From: Sutterella sp.
GTDB lineage: Bacteria > Pseudomonadota > Gammaproteobacteria > Burkholderiales > Burkholderiaceae_F
DNA length: 64,000 nucleotides
Assembly: GCA_020025965.1 (NCBI GenBank)
Contig: JAHHRG010000001.1
Location: forward strand, 6,911 to 70,910
Reading direction: 5' to 3'
Shown: one piece after another, positions 58,362-64,000 of the stretch
How positions within the stretch are numbered: position 1 is the stretch's first letter
Layout of the letters: every line of letters begins with the position of its first letter
Program-made: the position numbers and the translations under genes
Notes under the pieces: model-generated
What the model was told of the DNA's origin: nothing
Databases searched by the model: none
What the model saw: only the letters and a program-made list of their open reading frames with translations

Positions 58362-58397
58362 GATAACAAAAAGGGCCCCTAGGGCCCTTTCTGTTAT
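58362..58397. terminator. Long bidirectional terminator between the Toprim gene and aspS
   Basis: GATAACAAAAAGGGCCC-ct-AGGGCCCTTTCTGTTATC has a stem of about 17 bp with one mismatch. Confidence 0.8.
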
Positions 58398-58415
58398 CGA
58401 AAATCAACAGGCAGA

Positions 58416-60227
58416 TTATTGGCCCGCGATTTCATGCTCCTTCTTCTGTTCGTTGCGAAGACGAATGTGAAGTTCGCGAAGTTGCTTTTCTTCAACGGGT
58501 GCAGGAGCCTGCGTGAGCAAACACTGGGCGCGCTGCGTCTTCGGGAAGGCGATCACGTCACGGATGGAATCAGCATTGCACATCATCGTCACAATACGAT
58601 CGAGACCGAAGGCGATACCACCGTGCGGAGGAGCGCCGAACTGAAGAGCGTCGAGGAGGAAACCGAACTTGTTGCGGGCTTCTTCCGGGGATATCTTCAA
58701 AGCTTCGAAGACCTTGCTCTGAATTTCTTCGCGGTGGATACGGATGGAGCCGCCGCCGATTTCCCAACCATTGAGAACCATGTCGTAGGCCTTGGCGTAG
58801 GCATGTTCCGGATCGGAAATGAGGAGATCTTCGTGACCGTCGAGCGGGCAAGTAAACGGATGGTGGCAAGCAACCCAGCGCTGATCTTCTTCGGAGTATT
58901 CAAACATCGGGAAGTTGACAACCCAAAGCGGCTGCCAGCCAGCCGTGAAGAGGCCATTCTTCTTACCGAAGTCGGAGTGACCGATCTTCAGACGGAGAGC
59001 GCCGAGGGAGTCCCAAACGACCTTAGCTTTATCGGCACCGAAGAAGACGACGTCGCCGTCCTTGGCACCGGTGCGTTCGAAGATTGTATTGAGCTCTTCG
59101 TCGGAGAGGTTCTTAACGATCGGGCTCTGGAGACCGTCACGACCCTTGGATAGATCGTTGATCTTGATGTAGGCGAGTCCCTTGGCACCGTAGATCTTGA
59201 CAAATTCCGTGTACGCATCAATTTCGGAGCGCGGCATAGTACAGGCTCCAGGGACGCGCATGGCAACAACCTTACCGTTGTGGAGGCTCTTGACACCGGA
59301 GAAGACCTTGAACTTGGAGTCGGCGACTACGTCGGTGACTTCAACGAGTTCGAGGTGGACACGAAGGTCGGGTTTATCGGAACCGTACTTGGCCATGGCA
59401 TCGTCCCACTGCATAACCGGGAACGGGTTCTTCAGGTCGACGTCGAGGACTTCCTTGAAAACTTCGCGGATCATTTGTTCGAACATGTCGCGGATTTCTT
59501 CCTGAGTAAGGAAGGACGTCTCAATATCCACCTGAGTGAATTCGGGCTGGCGGTCGGCTCGAAGGTCTTCGTCACGGAAGCACTTGACGATCTGATAGTA
59601 GCGGTCGAAGTTGGCGCACATCAGAAGCTGTTTGAAAAGCTGCGGGGACTGCGGCAAGGCGTAGAAGCAACCGTCCTGAACACGGGAAGGAACGAGGTAG
59701 TCGCGGGCACCTTCAGGCGTGGAGCGCGTCAGCATCGGCGTTTCGATGTCGATGAAGCCATTCTTGTCGAGGAACTTGCGGAAAGCCATGGCGGCGCGAT
59801 AGCGAAGACGCAGGTTCTTCTGCATGACAGGGCGACGAAGGTCGAGAACACGATACGTAAGACGCGTTGTTTCGGATAGATTGTCGTCGTCAAGATGGAA
59901 CGGAGGCGTCACGGACGCGTTGAGGATTTCGAGTTCGTGGCAGAGGACTTCGATACCGCCGGAGATGAGATTTTCATTCTTCGTACCTTCCGGGCGAGCA
60001 CGAACAACGCCTACGACCTTGAGGCAGTATTCATTGCGGCACTTGTCGGCCGTAGCAAAAACTTCGGGGCGATCGGGGTCGCAAACGACTTGAACGAGAC
60101 CTTCGCGGTCGCGCAAGTCGATGAAGATCACACCGCCGTGGTCACGACGACGATGAACCCAGCCGTAAAGAGTAACGGTCTGGCCAATGTATTTTTCGTC
60201 AACCAATCCGGAATAAACGGTTCGCAT
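58416..60227 (-). CDS. aspS: Aspartate--tRNA ligase (long bacterial type, possibly non-discriminating)
   Basis: [38 protein letters not shown] (motif 2) and GGIAFGLDR (motif 3) are present. The protein is 603 aa. Confidence 0.97.
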   Translation of the reverse strand: MRTVYSGLVDEKYIGQTVTLYGWVHRRRDHGGVIFIDLRDREGLVQVVCDPDRPEVFATADKCRNEYCLKVVGVVRARPEGTKNENLISGGIEVLCHELEILNASVTPPFHLDDDNLSETTRLTYRVLDLRRPVMQKNLRLRYRAAMAFRKFLDKNGFIDIETPMLTRSTPEGARDYLVPSRVQDGCFYALPQSPQLFKQLLMCANFDRYYQIVKCFRDEDLRADRQPEFTQVDIETSFLTQEEIRDMFEQMIREVFKEVLDVDLKNPFPVMQWDDAMAKYGSDKPDLRVHLELVEVTDVVADSKFKVFSGVKSLHNGKVVAMRVPGACTMPRSEIDAYTEFVKIYGAKGLAYIKINDLSKGRDGLQSPIVKNLSDEELNTIFERTGAKDGDVVFFGADKAKVVWDSLGALRLKIGHSDFGKKNGLFTAGWQPLWVVNFPMFEYSEEDQRWVACHHPFTCPLDGHEDLLISDPEHAYAKAYDMVLNGWEIGGGSIRIHREEIQSKVFEALKISPEEARNKFGFLLDALQFGAPPHGGIAFGLDRIVTMMCNADSIRDVIAFPKTQRAQCLLTQAPAPVEEKQLRELHIRLRNEQKKEHEIAGQ

Positions 60228-60422
60228 AAAAGCTCCGATAAAAAGGCCAACATCGAACGGGTTGGCGCGATGACTGCACGAGACGTTCCGAAGAACGGAA
60301 CGAGTCGTACTTTGATTTGTCCGGACGCGTTCGGGAACGCATCCTTATAAAAAACAGTATTTGCCTCTGAAAAACGGCAACTCACATTCTGTAAGTTTAC
60401 CGCCAACAGGGGTGGAAAATCG

Positions 60423-60465
60423 AGAAAAACGCCGCTCGAAACAAGTTCGAACCCGACGGGCGTTT
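60423..60465 (-). terminator. Probable terminator of the FmdB-family gene
   Basis: On the minus strand, AAACGCCC-(inner hairpin TTCGA-acttgt-TCGA)-GGCGTTT is followed by TTCTCGATTTT. The stem is imperfect. Confidence 0.45.
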
Positions 60466-60539
60466 ATGAGTCCCGATCAGCTCGAGAAAGGATCAGCGAC
60501 TGATTGTTCGAAAATCGCTCGCTGAGAAAAGGGGCTCAG

Positions 60540-60764
60540 TTATTTTCCGGTCTTGTTGTGCGATGCAGGGAGCGACTTGTGACCGCCGGCAAAGTCCGTT
60601 GCGGCCCAACCCGAACCCTTCAATTCGAAGCCGGGGGCGGAGAGTTCCTTTGCCAGAGTATCTTTACCGCACTTGGGGCACTTCGTCAGGGGCTTGTCGC
60701 TCAATTTCTGGAGGAAATCTTTTTCGAAGCCGCAGTTCGTGCATTTATAAGCGTAGATAGGCAT
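60540..60764 (-). CDS. FmdB-family zinc-ribbon protein (CxxC_CxxC_SSSS)
   Basis: The sequence MPIYAYKCTNCGFEKDFLQKLSDKPLTKCPKCG has the characteristic start and two CxxC pairs. The protein is 74 aa. Confidence 0.85.
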   Translation of the reverse strand: MPIYAYKCTNCGFEKDFLQKLSDKPLTKCPKCGKDTLAKELSAPGFELKGSGWAATDFAGGHKSLPASHNKTGK

Positions 60765-60854
60765 GGTATCCGTAACCGAAGAATGAAAATAAAAGAAGAA
60801 TTATAAACTGATAGCGTTCTAGTCGTAAGTGTGAAAACAAGTAGGGGGAACGAC

Positions 60855-60884
60855 AAAGGGCCGCCTGAAGGCAGCCCTTTTTTT
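60855..60884. terminator. Hairpin after the EF-G-like gene
   Basis: AAAGGGCCGCC-tgaa-GGCAGCCCTTT has one mismatch. The T-run is stronger on the plus strand than on the minus strand. Confidence 0.55.
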
Positions 60885-60904
60885 ACTAGACGGACTCAGT
60901 AGAA

Positions 60905-62953
60905 TCAGTCTTCTTCCTTGCGTTCGAACTTCGAGGAGAGTTCAGCCTGCTTAGCGGCAGGAACCGGACGATAGGAATCAAGTTCCATTGACCAACTACC
61001 CGTGCCCTGAGTAATGGCATGCAAACGTGTGGCGTAACCGTCAAGTTCAGCCAGCGGCACCTCCCCAGTGATTTGCATCAGACCGCCTGGAATCGTGTCG
61101 GTGCCAGAGACCTGACCTCGACGGCTCGAAAGGTCACCGACGAGGTCACCCATGTAGTGGTCAGGTGCGACGATGTCAATTTTCACAATCGGTTCGAGAA
61201 TTTCTGGTGCAGCCTTCGATAGAGCGTCAAGGAAAGCCTTGCGACCGGCTGCGACAAAGGCAACTTCCTTCGAGTCAACCGGATGATGTTTGCCATCATA
61301 AACGGTCACGCGGATGTCCTGCATCGGATAGCCGGCAAGATAGCCAGTATCGAGTACTTCGCGAACTCCCTTTTCAACAGCTGGGATGAAGTTGTATGGA
61401 ATGGCACCTCCCTTAACTTCATCAACGAACTGGAAGCCTTCACCACGAGCGAGCGGTTCAATGCGGAGATAAACTTCGCCGAACTGGCCGGCACCGCCAG
61501 TCTGCTTCTTGTGACGTGCATGGCCTTCGCCCTTGCCAGCAATCGTTTCACGGTACGGAATGCTCGGAACGCCTGTTTCGACTTCGAGGTTGAAGTTGAC
61601 CTTCATACGATCGAGGATCGACCGAATATGCATTTCGGTTAGACCACGAATGACGGTTTCGTTCAAGACGGCGTCGTGATCAACGGCCATGGTCGGGTCT
61701 TCGGCGAGCATCTTTGCGAGGATCTCACCCATACGAGCTTCGTCGCCACGGCGTGCTGGTTTGATTGAGAGACCGAACATCGGCTTCGGGAAGTTGATGG
61801 GACGCATATGGACATCGATCAACTTTGGATCAGAGTGAATCACTGAACCGTAATTGAGTTCTTCAATCTTTGTTAAGGCACCGATGTCACCCGGACAGAG
61901 ACGGTCAGTTTCGGTTGATGTCTTACCCTGTAGAGTGAGAAGACGATTAGCTTTAAAGCTCTTCTTGATACCGTCAACGTAGAGGACATCGTCTTTGTTG
62001 ATCGTACCTTGGTGGACGCGGAAGATGGCGATCTTGCCGACGTATGGGTCATTGACGATTTTGAAGACCTGTGCAACAACAGGTGCATCCTTATCGGGAT
62101 GTGTGACGTACGGAGTGCCGTCTTCGTGAACGAAGAGTGAATCGTTGGCTTCGGCAGGACTCGGCAAGTGACGGATAATCACATTGAGAAGTGTGCGAAC
62201 GCCAATGAGGTTTTTGGCGGAAGTGAAGCACACTGGAATGATGTGGCCTTCGCGGAGAGCTTTCGTGACGAGTGGGTGGAGATTACGCGGGTCGACGCTA
62301 CCTTCTTCGAGGTAATGTTCGAGCATTTCGTCGTCTTCTTCAACGATGCGTTCAATAAATGCGCGATGGACTTCTTCAACGCTGAGAATATCAGCTTCAC
62401 CGTCATCGGAGTCAAAGCAGTCGATAACGTGCGTGCGGTTGTTGCCCGGGAGGTTGATCGGGAGAACACCAGGTCCCCAGATCTTTTTCAATTCATCGAG
62501 AAGGCCTACGAGATCAACATCGGGAGCGTCGAATTTGTTAATGACGATCACACGGCAGAGATTGCGTTCCTTAGCAATATCCATCATGCGGCGGGTAAGG
62601 AGTTCCACGCCTTTGGTGGCGTCAATTACGGCACAAACCGACTTGACGGCATCCAATGCCGACAAGTCCTGACCGAGGTAGTCGGGGTAGCCCGGGGTGT
62701 CCAGAACGTGAATACGTACCGGTGTTAAGTCCGGTTTTGCCGTATCAATATGTGCAACGGCTAGTCGAATCGAGTGTTGAACCTGCTTCTCAAGCGCGTC
62801 GTTGTCGCACATCGTGGTTCCGTGCTCAATATCCCCTAGTTCAGGGATCATGCCGGTACGGTAGAGCATGGCTTCGATCAGAGAAGTTTTGCCGCAGGAA
62901 CCATGCCCTACCAGGGCTATAGTACGGAGATTTTCGGTCAGATAGTTGCTCAT
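60905..62953 (-). CDS. Elongation factor G paralogue (EF-G-like translational GTPase)
   Basis: The G domain has GHGSCGKTS, DTPGYPDY and NKFD. Domain IV has GGAGQFGEV and HHPVDSKEVAF. The 682 aa are collinear with EF-G, and the gene is not in an rpsL-rpsG-fusA context. Confidence 0.85.
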   Translation of the reverse strand: MSNYLTENLRTIALVGHGSCGKTSLIEAMLYRTGMIPELGDIEHGTTMCDNDALEKQVQHSIRLAVAHIDTAKPDLTPVRIHVLDTPGYPDYLGQDLSALDAVKSVCAVIDATKGVELLTRRMMDIAKERNLCRVIVINKFDAPDVDLVGLLDELKKIWGPGVLPINLPGNNRTHVIDCFDSDDGEADILSVEEVHRAFIERIVEEDDEMLEHYLEEGSVDPRNLHPLVTKALREGHIIPVCFTSAKNLIGVRTLLNVIIRHLPSPAEANDSLFVHEDGTPYVTHPDKDAPVVAQVFKIVNDPYVGKIAIFRVHQGTINKDDVLYVDGIKKSFKANRLLTLQGKTSTETDRLCPGDIGALTKIEELNYGSVIHSDPKLIDVHMRPINFPKPMFGLSIKPARRGDEARMGEILAKMLAEDPTMAVDHDAVLNETVIRGLTEMHIRSILDRMKVNFNLEVETGVPSIPYRETIAGKGEGHARHKKQTGGAGQFGEVYLRIEPLARGEGFQFVDEVKGGAIPYNFIPAVEKGVREVLDTGYLAGYPMQDIRVTVYDGKHHPVDSKEVAFVAAGRKAFLDALSKAAPEILEPIVKIDIVAPDHYMGDLVGDLSSRRGQVSGTDTIPGGLMQITGEVPLAELDGYATRLHAITQGTGSWSMELDSYRPVPAAKQAELSSKFERKEED

Positions 62954-63180
62954 GCTGTACTCCTTTTAATCTGTAATGGGTCACGAAATTCTTTCGGACA
63001 AGGTTTAACCATTGTGCTACGTGGTTACGCAAAAGTGCCTAATATCGTGCTTTTAGTTGATCGTGATTGAAGGAGTGCGAAAGAGTACTAGCAATTTTTT
63101 TGGTTTTGGTGGAAAATAAAATAATTTGCTGGAACTTGTTGGCTAAATAGCTGCAGATGGTTTGGGTACTAACCCTAACA

Positions 63181-63216
63181 AAGGTCGCGAACGGCGGCCT
63201 TTTTTTATTTTTTGAG
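63181..63216 (+). terminator. Intrinsic terminator with much stronger plus-strand polarity
   Basis: AGGTCGC-gaacg-GCGGCCT has a 7-bp stem with one G-U pair. It is followed by TTTTTTTATTTTTT on the plus strand, while the minus-strand reading has only TTTGTT. Confidence 0.6.
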
Positions 63217-63297
63217 CTATAGAAGGGTTAACCCGAATGTTCCTTCAGAGATGCTCTTCTAGAGGAGAGCGACGAATATAGGGAAGGGACAGAGATG

Positions 63298-63996
63298 TTA
63301 GGAACGAACCACGAGTTGATAACCGACACCGCGAATGCTTTCGATTGTGACGGCTTTATCGAGGATCGTCGAGAGCTTGTGCCGAATGGCGGAGACGTGA
63401 ACGTCGATCGCACGGTCATTGGCATGCATAGCGCGGCCGAGTACCTTGTGGTAGATGTCGTCTTTGCGCACAACTTGATTCGCTTTGCTGGCAAGTACTT
63501 CGAGCAGGAGAAATTCTGTAGACGTGAGTTCCATCGGAATGCCGTCAGCTTCGACTGTGTGCGTGCTCGGGTAAATAACGAGAGGCCCGATGATCAAAGG
63601 AGCGGACACCGTGGGAATGACTTGAGTCTGAGAAAGGAGCGAACGAACGGTGGCAACGAGCTCTTTCGGAGTGCACGGTTTTTGCACGACAGTGTCATTA
63701 GGTTGAACGAAACAGCTCGCCTTGGTTTCCACTTCGTCTAACGTGGAAAAGAAGAGGGTGGGTTTCTTGGCATCGAGTGGTTTACGTTCGGCCAGAAGTT
63801 TTTTTACATTGAAGCTATTCGTGGCGATATCCGTAATCAGAATATCAAAAGGTTGTTGATAGAAATAACTCCGCGCTTCCATTTCGCTGTGTGCGGCAAA
63901 CGTTTCAAATCCTTCGAGACGAAAGAAGTCGGCGAGCAAGGGAACAAGCTCGGCATCCGTGTCGATAAGAAGAAGGCGACTGGAACGCTGGTACAT
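63298..63996 (-). CDS. OmpR/PhoB-family response regulator
   Basis: The receiver has LLLIDTD, DILITDI and VQKP. The winged helix has LTSTEFLLLEVLASKANQVVRKDDIYHKVLG and IESIRGVGYQLV. The upstream partner, if any, lies outside the window. Confidence 0.85.
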   Translation of the reverse strand: MYQRSSRLLLIDTDAELVPLLADFFRLEGFETFAAHSEMEARSYFYQQPFDILITDIATNSFNVKKLLAERKPLDAKKPTLFFSTLDEVETKASCFVQPNDTVVQKPCTPKELVATVRSLLSQTQVIPTVSAPLIIGPLVIYPSTHTVEADGIPMELTSTEFLLLEVLASKANQVVRKDDIYHKVLGRAMHANDRAIDVHVSAIRHKLSTILDKAVTIESIRGVGYQLVVRS

Positions 63997-64000
63997 GAAA

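Noticed and set aside
63140-63160. Sigma-54-like motif CTGGAACTTGTTGGCT on the plus strand
   Set aside because: The GG-to-GC spacing is one nucleotide short of the -24/-12 consensus, and the flanking bases do not match TGGCAC/TTGC.
1-64000. Window-wide scan by eye for CRISPR arrays, IS elements or transposases, integrases, rRNA, prophage or conjugation blocks, and toxin-antitoxin pairs
   Set aside because: None was seen. The only gene with a mobile-element flavour is the Toprim/primase zinc-ribbon gene reported above.

Overview
This is a densely packed, almost entirely housekeeping chromosomal segment of a Gram-negative proteobacterium. The gene order is kdsD-kdsC-lptC-lptA-lptB-rpoN-ptsN-rapZ, then mutY, then TPR-lolB-ispE-tRNA-Gln-prs-rplY-pth-ychF, with metK divergent from two lpxL-family genes and dapF. 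I associate this arrangement with Betaproteobacteria of the Burkholderiales/Neisseriales type, but the taxon cannot be proven from this window. I call 62 CDS (one truncated at the left edge), one tRNA-Gln, about 20 intrinsic terminator hairpins and three promoter/operator-type sites. I saw no CRISPR array, IS element, integrase, rRNA or prophage block. The many long ORFs in the track that lie antisense to recognisable genes are treated as artefacts. I did not find a convincing novel multi-gene system, and most of the window is ordinary core genome. The leads worth a second look are listed here. (1) An orphan gene for a primase-type Zn-ribbon plus Toprim protein, and two uncharacterised small genes coupled to mtnA, wedged between core genes at 56.5-58.4 kb. 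(2) A perfect 7-1-7 Fur/PerR-like palindrome just downstream of a good sigma-70 promoter of ahpCF, next to a lone XRE regulator. (3) A perfect-consensus sigma-54 promoter in front of the gltIJKL-type amino-acid ABC transporter. (4) A DksA that keeps only one of the four zinc-finger cysteines, directly downstream of a His-rich COG0523 GTPase. (5) A TrpRS with a C-terminal YegP/DUF1508-like extension. (6) A stand-alone EF-G paralogue. (7) An orphan plus-strand terminator in a 344-bp intergenic region, which is a small-RNA candidate. All functional calls rest on motif and family recognition by eye. No database search was run.
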